64,000 nucleotides of DNA from Rhabdothermincola salaria (GCF_021246445.1 NZ_JAJQXW010000002.1:248001-312000), one strand, 5' to 3'; positions 19,095 through 29,836 are shown, counted from the first letter of the stretch. A program made the numbers and translations. The notes: generated by a model not told the origin, from the sequence alone.

Positions 19095-20584
19095 TCAGTG
19101 GCTGCTGGCCAGACGACCCGTGAGCCGGGTGTGCAGGTTCTCGCTGTGGGGGTTGAGGCCGATGACCTCGGCGGTGATCCCCCGGGCATGGAACTTGGCG
19201 ACGACGGCGTCGAGGGCGGCGACGGCCGAGGAGAGTCCCACACGTGGGCGTCGGTGAGGTCGATGACCACCTCGGGAGTGGGATCGGTGTAGTCGAACGC
19301 GTGCACCAGCTCGTTGGTGGAGGCGAAGAAGAGCTCTCCGGCGACGGCGTAGACCCGGACCTTGCCGTCGGGGTCGACCACGCTGGTGACCTCGGCGACG
19401 TGCGCCACCCGACGGGCGAAGAACACGGCTGCGAGCACCACGCCGGCGAGCACGCCCAGGGCGAGGTTGTGCGTGACCACCACGATCGCCACGGTGACCA
19501 CCATCACCGCGGTCTCCGACTTGGGGGTCTGGCGGACGGTGGAGGGCTTGATGCTGGCCCAGTCGAAGGTGGCGATGGCGACCACGATCATCACGGCCAC
19601 CAGGGCCGCCATGGGGATCTGGGCCACGAGGTCGCCGAACACCAGCAGCATCACCAGGAGGAACACGCCGGCGGAGAGCGTCGACAGGCGGGTCCGCCCC
19701 CCGGACTTCATGTTGATCATGGACTGCCCGACCATGGCGCAGCCGGCCATGCCCCCGAGGAACCCGGTGGCGGTGTTGGCGATGCCCTGGCCCCGGCACT
19801 CCCTGTCCTTGTCGGAGGGGGTGTCGGTGATGTCGTCGATGAGCTGCGCGGTGAGCAGCGACTCGAGGATGCCGACCACGGAGAGGGTGAGGGCGTAGGG
19901 GAGGATGATCATGAGGGTGTCGAACGTGAAGGGCACCCCGGGTAGGCCGAAGAACGGCAGCGTGTCGGGCAGCTCGCCCATGTCGCCCACCGTCGGCACC
20001 TGCAACCCCGCGATCACGGCCACCACGGCGACGAGCACGATGGCCACGAGGGGGGCGGGGATGGCGGTGGTGAGCTTCGGCAGGCCGTAGATGACGCCGA
20101 GGGCGGCGGCCACCAGGGCGTAGACCACCCAGGTCTCGCCCAGGACGCTCTCCACCTGGGCCTTGAAGATGAGGATGGCCAGGGCGTTGATGAAGCCGAT
20201 CATCACCGTGCGGGGGATGAAGCGCATCAGCTTGCCGACACCGGCGAAGCCGAAGGCGACCTGCAACAGGCCGGCGAGGATGGTGGCGGCGAAGAGGTAC
20301 TCGACGCCGTGCTCCTTCACCAGGGGCACGACCACCAGGGCCATGGCGCCGGTGGCGGCCGAGATCATGCCCGTACGGGCACCGGTGAAGGCGGTGATGA
20401 TGGCGATGGAGAACGAGGCGTAGAGGCCGACCTTGGGGTCGACTCCCGCGATGATCGAGAAGGCGATGGCCTCGGGGATGAGGGCCAGGGAGACGAGGAG
20501 CCCGGCCAGGAGGTCGCCCTTGGGGTTCGAGAACCACGCAGAGCGGATGCGGGCGCGCACGGGCGCAGGCGTGGACGTGAGCAC
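19095..20584 (-). pseudogene. SulP family inorganic anion transporter, frameshifted in the STAS domain (pseudogene or sequencing error)
   Basis: [26 protein letters not shown]; the frame breaks after DAHVWDS (~19232) and the STAS continuation [13 protein letters not shown]...GLNPHS is in another frame ending at 19095. Confidence 0.8.
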
Positions 20585-20665
20585 AGGGCCTCCTGGATCG
20601 GTTTCGGGCCGCAGCCTCGGGGGAACTCACCGGGCTCGCGGGACGACCGACCGACCGGGACCGTG

Positions 20666-20696
20666 GAAACCTACCGTTACGTGAGGTGAGAGTCGA
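20666..20696 (-). promoter_or_regulatory. sulP promoter with putative MerR operator
   Basis: Minus strand TCGACT-17 nt-TAGGTT with an imperfect dyad centred on ACGT in the spacer. Confidence 0.45.
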
Positions 20697-20761
20697 GGGC
20701 CGAGGGATGGCCATCCGTCACACCTGCGGACGGTGCCTCCCGGGGGCGGCCCGGTGGCAGC

Positions 20762-21076
20762 TCAGCCGGCAGGGTTGTCGCGGGGCGGCAGCGGCACGTT
20801 GGTCTGGCGTTGCTGGCGCAACAGGTCGGCGTCGCACTCGGGGCAGAGGTGCACCACGGTGATGTAGGAGATCGACAGCTGCGACCCACGGGACTTCTCC
20901 CACGCGGCCTGCGGTACGGGTTCGACGTCTGCCCGACCGCAGGTCGGGCAGCGGGGACTCGGGTCGCGGTCCCACCGGGCCCCGCACTGCTCGCACCGCA
21001 GTTCGATGAGATCTCCCTTCGCGGTGCCCAGGAGGTGCTCGTCGGTGCCACAGGAGGGACAGGCGATGTCGGTCAC
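20762..21076 (-). CDS. Small zinc-finger protein with four CxxC motifs (104 aa)
   Basis: CPSC, CEQC, CPTC, CPEC; GTG overlaps the MerR stop (GTGA). Confidence 0.75.
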   Translation of the reverse strand: MTDIACPSCGTDEHLLGTAKGDLIELRCEQCGARWDRDPSPRCPTCGRADVEPVPQAAWEKSRGSQLSISYITVVHLCPECDADLLRQQRQTNVPLPPRDNPAG

Positions 21077-21501
21077 GGCGCCCCTTCGTCTCCTGCGCCG
21101 CGCCCAGACGACCTCTGCGTCAACGTGGCGGTGAGCGACTCGGCCGCGGCCAGATCCCGGCGCAGCCGTGCACAACGCTGCTCGGCTGCTCGGGCGAACT
21201 CCCCGAGCCTCGAGGCCAGCGCATCACGCTGCGCCGACGAGGACGTCGGGTCCTCCACCGCGTCGAGCACGACGAGCAGTTCGCGCATCTCCTCGAGGCG
21301 GAAGTCCAACGGCTTCATGTCCTTGACGAGCTGGAGCCGCTCGATGTCGGCGTCGGTGTAGAGCCGGAAGCCTCCGGTCGACCGACCCGACGGGATCACC
21401 AGGCCGACCTCTTCGTAGTGACGGATGGTCCGCAGCGAGAGCCCCACGACCTCGGCGACCTCCCCGATCTGGTGGTAGGGCTTGGAGGGGTCGACGGTCA
21501 C
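21073..21501 (-). CDS. MerR family transcriptional regulator
   Basis: QIGEVAEVVGLSLRTIRHYEEVGL..RSTGGFRLY. Confidence 0.93.
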   Translation of the reverse strand: MTVDPSKPYHQIGEVAEVVGLSLRTIRHYEEVGLVIPSGRSTGGFRLYTDADIERLQLVKDMKPLDFRLEEMRELLVVLDAVEDPTSSSAQRDALASRLGEFARAAEQRCARLRRDLAAAESLTATLTQRSSGRGAGDEGAP

Positions 21502-21649
21502 GGCTCGGGCCTCATGGTCCGCCGAGGGTAACGCCCGGACGCGGCCCCCAGCGCTCGACCCGCTCCACCGGGAGCACGCCCCGCTCGGCGCGGCCCGGCC
21601 CCCGGGCATCGGGGAGGCAGGGTGCGGACGAGCCCGTCGGACCGGTCCG

Positions 21650-22423
21650 TCAGACCTTGTAGCCGCCGTCGACGCTGATGACCTGGCCGGTCACGCCGCG
21701 TCCGTCGTCGCCGGCCAGCAGGGTGGCCATGCCGGCCAGCTCGTCGGCCTCGAGGATCCGACCCTGCAGGCTCTCGGCGGCCGCCTTCGCCTCCTCGACC
21801 TCGGCGGTGGTGCCCCGGGCGGCAGCGATGCGCTCGAAGTCGACCAGCGAGGTCCTGGTCCACCCCGGGCACAGCAGGTTCACGTTGATGCCGAAGGGCG
21901 CCGCCGACTTGGCCAGCTCCTTGGTGAAGCCGACCAGCCCGTGCTTGGCCGCGGTGTAGCCGACGGAGGCGCCCGTTCGCTTCGAGGCCCCCGACCCGAT
22001 GCTGATGATGCGCCCGGAACCCTGCTCTCTCATGGCGGGGAGGGCGGCCGTGGTCGTCCACCACGCCGAGGTGAGGTTGAGCACCACCGTCTGCTCGAAG
22101 GCGCCGTCGTTGGCGGCGAACGGGTCGGGGTTGCCACCGACGGTGCCGCCGACGTTGTTGACCAGCACGTCGACCCGACCGAAGCGGTCGAGCGCCTCGG
22201 TGACGGGACGCCGGGCCTCGTCGCGGTCCATGGCATCGGCCACGACGGCCAGCCCCCGTTCGTCACCCACGCCGGCCGCCGCGAGCGTGGTCTCGAGGTC
22301 GGTGCCGGTTCGGGAGGAGACCACGACGGTGGCCCCTTCGGCGGCGTAGCGCAGGGCGATGGCCCGACCGATGCCCCGCCCCCCACCGGTGATGACCGCC
22401 ACCTTGCCGTCGAGCTGCCCCAT
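21650..22423 (-). CDS. SDR family oxidoreductase
   Basis: TGGGRGIG, NNVG, YTAAK. Confidence 0.92.
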   Translation of the reverse strand: MGQLDGKVAVITGGGRGIGRAIALRYAAEGATVVVSSRTGTDLETTLAAAGVGDERGLAVVADAMDRDEARRPVTEALDRFGRVDVLVNNVGGTVGGNPDPFAANDGAFEQTVVLNLTSAWWTTTAALPAMREQGSGRIISIGSGASKRTGASVGYTAAKHGLVGFTKELAKSAAPFGINVNLLCPGWTRTSLVDFERIAAARGTTAEVEEAKAAAESLQGRILEADELAGMATLLAGDDGRGVTGQVISVDGGYKV

Positions 22424-22496
22424 CCCCGTCCTCTCCTCGTGGCCGCGACCCGCGGGCCGGGCCGCCTCGTGCTGCGATCTCAGAGCCCGTGCGGTC

Positions 22497-23627
22497 TCAG
22501 AACTCGATGACCCCGCGGATGTTGCGTCCGGCGAGCATGTCCTCGTAGCCCTGGTTGACCTCGTCGAGGGTGTAGCGGCGGGTCACCAGCTCGTCGAGGC
22601 GCAGGACCCCCTGGCGGTACATCGAGAGCAGGCGGGGGATCTGGTCGCGGGGGTTCTGGGACCCGAAGATGGTGCCCTTGATCTCCTTGTTCGACATGGA
22701 GAGCATCATCAAGTTGAGCTGCACGTCGGACTCCATGGCCGGCGCCAGACCGGTGACGACGAGGGTGCCACCCTTGGCGGTGAGGTCCATGGCGGGCTGG
22801 ATCATGTCGCCGTGCACGACGCCGGGGGCCAGGATGACCCGCTCGGCCATGATGCCCTCGGTCATGTCACGGACCGCCTCGGCGGCCTCCTCCATCGAGG
22901 CGTAGGTGTGGGTGGCGCCGAAGGCCATGGCCTGCTCGCGCTTCATCTCCACCGGGTCGACGGCGATGACCCGCTGGGCCCCGGCGATCTTGGCGCCCTG
23001 CACGGCGTTGATGCCGATGCCACCGATGCCCACCACGACGACGTTGTCGCCGGGCACGGTGCCGGCCCGCTCGGTGGCCGACCCGAACCCGGTGGCCACG
23101 CCACACGACGTGAGGGCCACGACGTCGAAGGGCAGGTCGGGATCGACCTTCACCAGCGAGTCCTCGTTGACCAGGATCTTCTCCGAGAACGTGCCGGCCT
23201 GGGCGTAGCGCCCGACCGGCTCGCGGCTGCCGTCGGCCCGGGTGACGTGGTGGGCCACCCGACCGTCGCTCATCATGCCGATGTCGAAGAGCTTGGCGCC
23301 CGAGTCGCAGAGGTACTGGCGGCCCGTGGAGCACCAGCGGCACTTTCCGCAGGCGGGGATGAAGGAGACGGCGACGTGGTCGCCGGGCGCCAGGTCGCGC
23401 ACGTCGGGGCCCACCGCCTCCACGACGCCAGCGCCCTCGTGGCCGCCGATCAGCGGCACCGGAAGGGGCAGGTCACCGGTGTGAGCGTGGTCGTCGGAGT
23501 GGCACAGCCCGGCGGCCTTGATCGAGACCAGCACGTCGTTGGCCTTCGGGTCGTCGAGCTCGACGTCCTCGATCTTCCAGTCCTCGCCGTAGCCCCACAG
23601 CACCGCTGCCCGCGTCGTCGTCCCCAT
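22497..23627 (-). CDS. Zn-dependent (NDMA-dependent type) alcohol dehydrogenase
   Basis: GLCHSD, GGHEGAG, CGKCRWC..LC, GIGGIG. Confidence 0.92.
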   Translation of the reverse strand: MGTTTRAAVLWGYGEDWKIEDVELDDPKANDVLVSIKAAGLCHSDDHAHTGDLPLPVPLIGGHEGAGVVEAVGPDVRDLAPGDHVAVSFIPACGKCRWCSTGRQYLCDSGAKLFDIGMMSDGRVAHHVTRADGSREPVGRYAQAGTFSEKILVNEDSLVKVDPDLPFDVVALTSCGVATGFGSATERAGTVPGDNVVVVGIGGIGINAVQGAKIAGAQRVIAVDPVEMKREQAMAFGATHTYASMEEAAEAVRDMTEGIMAERVILAPGVVHGDMIQPAMDLTAKGGTLVVTGLAPAMESDVQLNLMMLSMSNKEIKGTIFGSQNPRDQIPRLLSMYRQGVLRLDELVTRRYTLDEVNQGYEDMLAGRNIRGVIEF

Positions 23628-23878
23628 CTGACCCCTGCCTCCTCACCCCTCGGGGGTGATCGTCGTCTCCCCCGATCATGGTGCACGGACCCACCCTCCG
23701 CCCACCCACCGACCTTGCCCCTGTCCTGGACCGCGCCGGTCGGGGTGCAGTCGAGTCGGTCGGGACCCGAACTCGACGTGTCGGACCGAGCGCTTCGGGT
23801 CGGCGCTCGATCCCCACATTCACGCGGGTCGGGAGTCCAGCGGATGCGGCGTCGGCGCCCGAACTGGACCGGGGCGGG

Positions 23879-24148
23879 TCAGTGGTTGCGCAGGGCGTCG
23901 ATCAGCTCGTCCTTGTTCATCGTCGAACGCCCCTCGATGCCGACCTCGCGGGCCCGGTCGTAGAGCTCGTCCTTGGTGCGGTCCTCGTAGCGCTCGCCCT
24001 CGCCCCCCCGCCGCCCGACGGTGCTGCGGCCCTCGTTGGCTGACGCGTTGGCGATGCGAGCCGCCTTCTCCTTGCTCATCCCCTCGTCGCGGAGGGCCTC
24101 GTACTGCTCGTCGTCCTTGACCGAGGGTCCGGGTGATCGCTGCGGCAT
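23879..24148 (-). CDS. Small stress-type protein with Rho termination factor N-terminal-like domain
   Basis: YEALRDEGMSKEKAARIAN; TKDELYDRAREVGIEGRSTMNKDELI. Confidence 0.85.
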   Translation of the reverse strand: MPQRSPGPSVKDDEQYEALRDEGMSKEKAARIANASANEGRSTVGRRGGEGERYEDRTKDELYDRAREVGIEGRSTMNKDELIDALRNH

Positions 24149-24353
24149 GGTGACTCCAATCTCTCGCGAGCGAGGCGCGCTCGCGGGGCGTGTGCTCGTC
24201 GTCGTCACCCGCGCGCTACCCATTCGGGCGCGAGTCATGCCGTCTGCGCGTGCGCCCACCTGCCGCCTGCTCTTCACCCACCTGTCGGACTCGAGCGCTC
24301 ACCGGCCGCGCTCGAGTCGGACGACGACGCGCGTTTCGGTGTCGGTGGGGCCC

Positions 24354-25751
24354 TCACAGGCCGACGACGGCCGCCACCAGCCGGTCGATCGCCGTCACCG
24401 ACCCCTGCGCCACTCCCGGCTCGCCGTTCACCACCACCGAGAAGACGGCCGTGCGTCCGTCGGAGGTGGTGGCGTAGCCGGACAGCGCGCTCCCACCGAT
24501 GATGCTGCCCGTCTTGGCCCGAACGCTGCCGTGGGTGGCGGGGCCCCGCAACCGCCCCGACAGGGTGCCCGACACCCCGGCCACGGGCAGCTGCCCGACG
24601 AAGGTCGGTCCCCACGGCTGGACGGCCGCCACCTGCAGGAGCCGACGCCACTCCCTCGCCGAGCGCAGGTTGGCCCGCGACAGACCGGACCCGTCGCCGC
24701 CGGCGCCGGCCAGGTGGAGGCACCACGGCTCGAGGGCGGCGGCGATCCGCGCCAGGCCCTCGTCGGTGGAACCGGCGCCGATCTCCCTGAGCAGCGACTC
24801 GGCGACCTCGTTGTCGCTGCGCACCAGCATCGTCCTCGTGAGCTCACCGAAGGTGGGGGACTCCAGGGCGGCCACCACCGGATCCGTGGGCTGCGCCTCG
24901 CCGTGGACGACGACCGGCTCGACCCCCACACCGGCCGTGCCCAGGCGGGCGGCGAAGGCGGTCGCGTTGCCCAGGGCGGGATCGGCCAGGTAGGCCGCGT
25001 CGGTCCGAGTCCGGTTGTCGTCGACGACGAGGGCCGACATCGGACCGACGTAGATCGGAACCTGCCAGTCCTGCCAACCGCGCGCCGTGGTCGACGCCTC
25101 GAAGTGCGACGCGTCGACGACCATCGCGGCGGCCGTCGCCACCCCCGCGGCCCGCACCTGAGCGGCCAGCGCGCTCAGGGAATGGGGCCCGGCGCTCCGC
25201 AACGTCGGGTCACCTCCGGCCACCAGCACCAACCGGTCGTCGGTCTGGCGCACCTCGGTGCGGAACCGACCCTGGGGGTCGAGCAGGAGGTGGGCGCCGA
25301 GCGCGGTGAACAGCTTCTGGTTCGAGGCCGGCAACAGCGCTCGATCGGGTTCGACGGCGACGACCTCCCCATAGCCCTCGACCCACACCGAGATCGACCG
25401 GTCGAGGCCCGACCAGGCCGGATGGGCGAGCGCGGCATCCACCCGGGCCTGCAGCTCGGCCGGGACGGACTCGGTCCCTGCGTCGAGCGCCGGGCGCCGG
25501 TCGCACACCGGCGGGGGAGGGGTGGTCGTGGTGGTCGACGGCACCGGGGCAGACGTCGGCGAGATCACGGCCGCGTGCGCCCCGGCATCACGGCCCGCCG
25601 TCGAGGACGCCGACTCGACCGATCCCGTCGACACGGTCGTGGCGACCAGGACCGCCGCCAGCGCGCTCACCGCCGCGACGGCGAGCGCCACCCGCCACCG
25701 CCGCCCTGGACGGGAACGACCGGCCTGGCCGTCGCTCCGGGACTCCATCAC
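24354..25751 (-). CDS. dacB: D-alanyl-D-alanine carboxypeptidase/endopeptidase (peptidase S13)
   Basis: PASNQK (SxxK), SDN, DGSGLSR, AKTG; N-terminal signal anchor. Confidence 0.92.
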   Translation of the reverse strand: MMESRSDGQAGRSRPGRRWRVALAVAAVSALAAVLVATTVSTGSVESASSTAGRDAGAHAAVISPTSAPVPSTTTTTPPPPVCDRRPALDAGTESVPAELQARVDAALAHPAWSGLDRSISVWVEGYGEVVAVEPDRALLPASNQKLFTALGAHLLLDPQGRFRTEVRQTDDRLVLVAGGDPTLRSAGPHSLSALAAQVRAAGVATAAAMVVDASHFEASTTARGWQDWQVPIYVGPMSALVVDDNRTRTDAAYLADPALGNATAFAARLGTAGVGVEPVVVHGEAQPTDPVVAALESPTFGELTRTMLVRSDNEVAESLLREIGAGSTDEGLARIAAALEPWCLHLAGAGGDGSGLSRANLRSAREWRRLLQVAAVQPWGPTFVGQLPVAGVSGTLSGRLRGPATHGSVRAKTGSIIGGSALSGYATTSDGRTAVFSVVVNGEPGVAQGSVTAIDRLVAAVVGL

Positions 25752-25858
25752 CCAAGGGTGCCAGGGTCGCGGCCCCGACCTCGTTCACCCCGCCGCCCAC
25801 ACCCCGTGGCAGGATCGCCGGGCGCCGGGCGCTCTGGAGCCCGGGCGGGGAGGCAGAC

Positions 25859-26662
25859 GTGCAGCTCGGACTCGACGACAAGGTCGCGCTCGTCACCGGG
25901 TCGTGGCGGGGGACCGGGGCGGGCATCGCCGAGGTGCTGGCCGCCGAAGGCGCCACCGTCCTGGTGCACGGCCTGGAGCCCGGCCCCGCCGACGCCACCG
26001 TCGCCGCCATCGAGCGCGCCGGCGGCCGGGCCGTCGCCGTGCACGGCGACATCCGCACCGACGACGGGGCCGCCGAGCTGCGCGCCTCGGTCGAGGCGGT
26101 CGTCGACCGGGTCGACATCGTGGTCAACAACTACGGAGCCGCCGACGGGACCACGTGGGAGGACGCCACCGGCCCGTCGTGGCACGCCAGCTACGACACC
26201 AACGTGGTCTCGGCCGTCCGGGTGGTCGACGCGTTCGTCGACGGCATGCGCCAGCGGGGCTGGGGTCGCATCGTGTTCGTCGCCACCGTCGGCGCCACCC
26301 GACCCGGCGAACGCAACCCGGAGTACTACGGCGCCAAGGGAGCCTTGCCGGCCGTCACCGTGAGCCTGGCCCGCCACCTCGCCGGCACCGGGATCACGGT
26401 GAACTGCGTGAGCCCCGGGCTGATCGCCACCCCCGAGGTGATCGAGCGCTTCACGGCCCAGGCCCGGCGCCGAGGGCTGGACACCGACTGGGCCAGCGTC
26501 GAACGCCACGTCCTGGAGTCGGTGATGCCCAACCACACGGGACGGGTGGCCTTCCCCGAAGACATCGGCCGCTTCGTCGCCATGGTGGTGAGCGAACCCT
26601 CGTGGCACCTCAACGGGGCCCACCTGCGCATCGACGGGGGCGCCGCCGACGCGGTGACCTGA
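25859..26662 (+). CDS. SDR family oxidoreductase
   Basis: TGSWRGTG, YYGAK, IDGG. Confidence 0.9.
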   Translation: MQLGLDDKVALVTGSWRGTGAGIAEVLAAEGATVLVHGLEPGPADATVAAIERAGGRAVAVHGDIRTDDGAAELRASVEAVVDRVDIVVNNYGAADGTTWEDATGPSWHASYDTNVVSAVRVVDAFVDGMRQRGWGRIVFVATVGATRPGERNPEYYGAKGALPAVTVSLARHLAGTGITVNCVSPGLIATPEVIERFTAQARRRGLDTDWASVERHVLESVMPNHTGRVAFPEDIGRFVAMVVSEPSWHLNGAHLRIDGGAADAVT

Positions 26663-26675
26663 CCGAACGGGGCCG

Positions 26676-27665
26676 TCAGCTCCGGCGGATGTCCCGGCGG
26701 GCGGCTCTCGGCGCCCGCCGCGTCGGCCACGCCCCGGCGGTGACCGCCAGGCGGATCACCCGCTGGCGATGGGGTCGGAACGGCTCGAGGAGCTCGAGCA
26801 TCCGGGCGTCGTCGCCGTCGCGCTCTCCGGCCAACAGCCACGACATGGCGCCGGGGATGCCGGCGTCGCCGAGGATCACCGTGTCGGCGTCGGCCCAGGT
26901 CGTGGCGGCCAGGCAGGTACGGGTCCAGGGACCGATGCCGGGCACCGTGGCCAGGGCGGAGAGCGCCGCCGACGGGTCGTCGGCATCGAACCGGTGCCCC
27001 CACCGCGACATGGCCTGGGCGGCCCGCCGCAGGGCATCGGCCCGCCGTCGTTCGATCCCGAAGCGGTGGAGCTCGTGGTAGCCCATCGTCGCCACGACGT
27101 CGGGCGCGGGCGGAACCAGCCGGTCCGACCCCGGGACGGGCGTCCCGAGGGCCTCCACCGTGCGTCGCCACTGCGCGGCGGCGTCGACGGTCTGCACCCG
27201 CTGTTGCACGACGAAGAACGCCAGGTCGTGCCACAGCGTGCCGGTCCGCGTGAGCCGCAGCCCAGGGTGACGGCGCCAGAGCTGACGCACGGCCGGAACG
27301 AGGGGGTCGAACCCGCTGGGGTCGTCGTCGCAACCCAACAGCCCGGGTGCCCGGTCCACCAGCCACGCCCCGCCGTCGCCGAAGCCGGTGACCTGCGCCT
27401 CGCCGGCCCCCGGCCGCCACGTCACGGTGATCGCGCCCGGACCCTCGGGGGTGAGCGATGCGCGGTCGAACCGACCGACACCGAGGTGCACGCTCGGATC
27501 ACCCCGCAACATGGCCAACGGTCGCAGCGTGCCGGCCAGGTCGATGGCGCCCGTGAGCACCACCCGCTCGGCGCGCACTGCGGGCCGGCCCCCGAGGGTC
27601 ACGCGCCGGCCTCGGGCCGGCCCCACCCCCCAGGGCACCCGGGTCGGACCTCCGCGTCGCGCCAC
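26676..27665 (-). CDS. DNA-3-methyladenine glycosylase / HhH-GPD family protein
   Basis: QQRV, HhH motif VPGIGPWT, LEPFRPHR; start uncertain. Confidence 0.85.
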   Translation of the reverse strand: MARRGGPTRVPWGVGPARGRRVTLGGRPAVRAERVVLTGAIDLAGTLRPLAMLRGDPSVHLGVGRFDRASLTPEGPGAITVTWRPGAGEAQVTGFGDGGAWLVDRAPGLLGCDDDPSGFDPLVPAVRQLWRRHPGLRLTRTGTLWHDLAFFVVQQRVQTVDAAAQWRRTVEALGTPVPGSDRLVPPAPDVVATMGYHELHRFGIERRRADALRRAAQAMSRWGHRFDADDPSAALSALATVPGIGPWTRTCLAATTWADADTVILGDAGIPGAMSWLLAGERDGDDARMLELLEPFRPHRQRVIRLAVTAGAWPTRRAPRAARRDIRRS

Positions 27666-27816
27666 ATGCCCCTGACACTAGAGAGCCGGTCGGCGGTCCT
27701 GACCGGCACCGTGCCGGTCGCGCGAGCCGTCGACGAGCGACGACGCCATCGACGGCACCTACCATCTCTCGTCTCGCCGACGCCCGATGCCGAGGCGACG
27801 ACATCGATCCAGGGGG

Positions 27817-28803
27817 ATGGCACTCGTGTACCTGATGCGCTTCGACATGCGGACACCCGAGGGCGGGGCGAGCACGACCGAGCTGTACCGCACCGCCCTC
27901 GAGATGGCCGAGTACGGCGAGAGCCACGGCGCGTTCACCACCGTCCTGTGCGAGCACCACGGCCTCGCCGACGGCTACCTGCCGGCCCCCATGACCCTGG
28001 CCACCGCCATGGCAGCTCGCACCTCTGCGCTGCCCATCAACATCTCGGTGCTGCAGCTGCCCCTCTACGACCCGGTGCGCCTGGCCGAGGAGATGTGCGT
28101 CCTCGACATCATCAGCGGTGGGCGGGTGTCGTACACCACGGCCATCGGCTACCGCCCCGACGAGTACGAGATGTACGGCGTCGACTTCCACCGCCGCGGC
28201 AAGATCGCCGAGGAGAAGCTGGGCGTGCTGCTGGCGGCCAAGACCGGCGAGCCCTTCGAGCACGAAGGCCGCCACATCCACGTGACCCCGGCGCCGGTCA
28301 CCCCCGGCGGCCCCACGATCTCGTGGGGCGGGGGCAGCCTGCCCGCCGCTCGCCGGGCCGGCCGCCACGGCATCGGGTTCTTCGGTCAGAAGGAGGACCC
28401 GGCACTGGCCGAAGCCTACGAGGCCGAGGCCCGCGCCCACGGGCACGAGCCCGGTTTCTGCTACCTCCCGCCGCGCGACTCGGCCACCACGGTGTTCGTG
28501 GCCGACGACGTCGACGAGGGCTGGGACGAGCTCGGCTCCTACCTCATGTACGACGTGCTCAGCTACGCCGAGTGGAACGGGGGCGACACCGACGTGACCT
28601 CCACCTCGGCGGCCACCACGGCCGAGGAGCTGCGGGCCGAGAACCGCAGCCACCGCATCCTCACGGTGGACGAGGCGGTGGCGTCCATCCAGGGTGGTCG
28701 GCCTCTGGCCCTACACCCCCTCGTCGGTGGCCTTCCGCCGGAGCTGGCCTGGAAGTACCTGAAGGTGGTCGGCGAGAAGGTCATGCCCGCCCTGGGGAAC
28801 TGA
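27817..28803 (+). CDS. LLM class flavin-dependent oxidoreductase
   Basis: CEHHG..DGYLPAP, DPVRLAEE, LDIISGGR. Confidence 0.9.
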   Translation: MALVYLMRFDMRTPEGGASTTELYRTALEMAEYGESHGAFTTVLCEHHGLADGYLPAPMTLATAMAARTSALPINISVLQLPLYDPVRLAEEMCVLDIISGGRVSYTTAIGYRPDEYEMYGVDFHRRGKIAEEKLGVLLAAKTGEPFEHEGRHIHVTPAPVTPGGPTISWGGGSLPAARRAGRHGIGFFGQKEDPALAEAYEAEARAHGHEPGFCYLPPRDSATTVFVADDVDEGWDELGSYLMYDVLSYAEWNGGDTDVTSTSAATTAEELRAENRSHRILTVDEAVASIQGGRPLALHPLVGGLPPELAWKYLKVVGEKVMPALGN

Positions 28804-28963
28804 CCCACCTCCACCCCTTCATCCCCGATCACGCTGCTGCGACCACCGGCCGTGGCGTCCGCTGGGCGCCTCCCGTCGTCGACGTGGCCGCCGCGGCGAC
28901 GTGCCAGCATGAGCGGGCGACCCGGGGCGACGAGGCACCGGGCCGGTTCGATCAGGGGGACGC

Positions 28964-29836
28964 ATGAAGGAACTACGGGGCAAGGTCGCGGTCATCACCG
29001 GTGGGGCCGGGGGCATCGGCCGGGCCATGGCCGAGCGGTTCCTCGCCGAGGGCATGAAGGTCGTCATCGCCGACATCAACCAGGACGCCCTCGATCAGGC
29101 CGTCGGTGAGATGGCCGCCGACGGAGCCGAGATCGCCGGGGTGCGCACCGACGTCTCCAAGCTCGAGTCGGTCGAGGCCCTGCGCGACGCCACCCTCGAC
29201 CGCTTCGGTGCCGTCCACGTGCTGTGCAACAACGCCGGCGTGGCGTCCGGTGCCCACGGCAAGGTCTGGGAGCACGAGATCAACGACTGGCGCTTCGCCT
29301 TCAGCGTGCACGTCTACGGCGTCATCAACGGCATCAACGCCTTCGTGCCCCACCTCCTCGAGCAGGGCGGCGAGGCCCACATCGTCAACACGTCGTCGAA
29401 CAACGGTGGGTTCTCCCCCATCGCCAGCGCCGCCACCTACGCCACGGTGAAGTCGGCCGTCGTGACCCTCTCCGAGTGCCTGTGGGGCCAGCTCCACGAG
29501 GTGGGGTCCGACATCGGCGTCTCGGTGCTGTTCCCGACGGGCAAGACCAAGGGGATCCTCGACACCGGCATCTGGGCTGCGGCCGAGCGCCCGCCGGAGT
29601 TCGCCCCCGACGAGCCCGTCGACACCTCCAACAAGATGCAGATGTGGATCCAGATGCAGGAGGCAGCCGGCACCCCGGTGGTCTTCACCCCCTTGTCGGA
29701 GGTGGCCGAGACCGTGGTCGACGGCCTCTACGCCAACCGCTTCTGGATGGTCGAGGAGGGCCGCTTCGAGGAGGCGGTGCAGGCTCGCACCGACATCATC
29801 CTGCGGCGGGCCGATCCCGACTACCAGGTCGGCTGA
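28964..29836 (+). CDS. SDR family oxidoreductase
   Basis: TGGAGGIG, CNNAG, YATVK. Confidence 0.92.
   Translation: MKELRGKVAVITGGAGGIGRAMAERFLAEGMKVVIADINQDALDQAVGEMAADGAEIAGVRTDVSKLESVEALRDATLDRFGAVHVLCNNAGVASGAHGKVWEHEINDWRFAFSVHVYGVINGINAFVPHLLEQGGEAHIVNTSSNNGGFSPIASAATYATVKSAVVTLSECLWGQLHEVGSDIGVSVLFPTGKTKGILDTGIWAAAERPPEFAPDEPVDTSNKMQMWIQMQEAAGTPVVFTPLSEVAETVVDGLYANRFWMVEEGRFEEAVQARTDIILRRADPDYQVG

Noticed and set aside
18770..20584. 604-aa SulP as an intact extended protein or a SulP-USP fusion
   Set aside because: The tail is out-of-frame sequence after the frameshift, and USP is in a different frame
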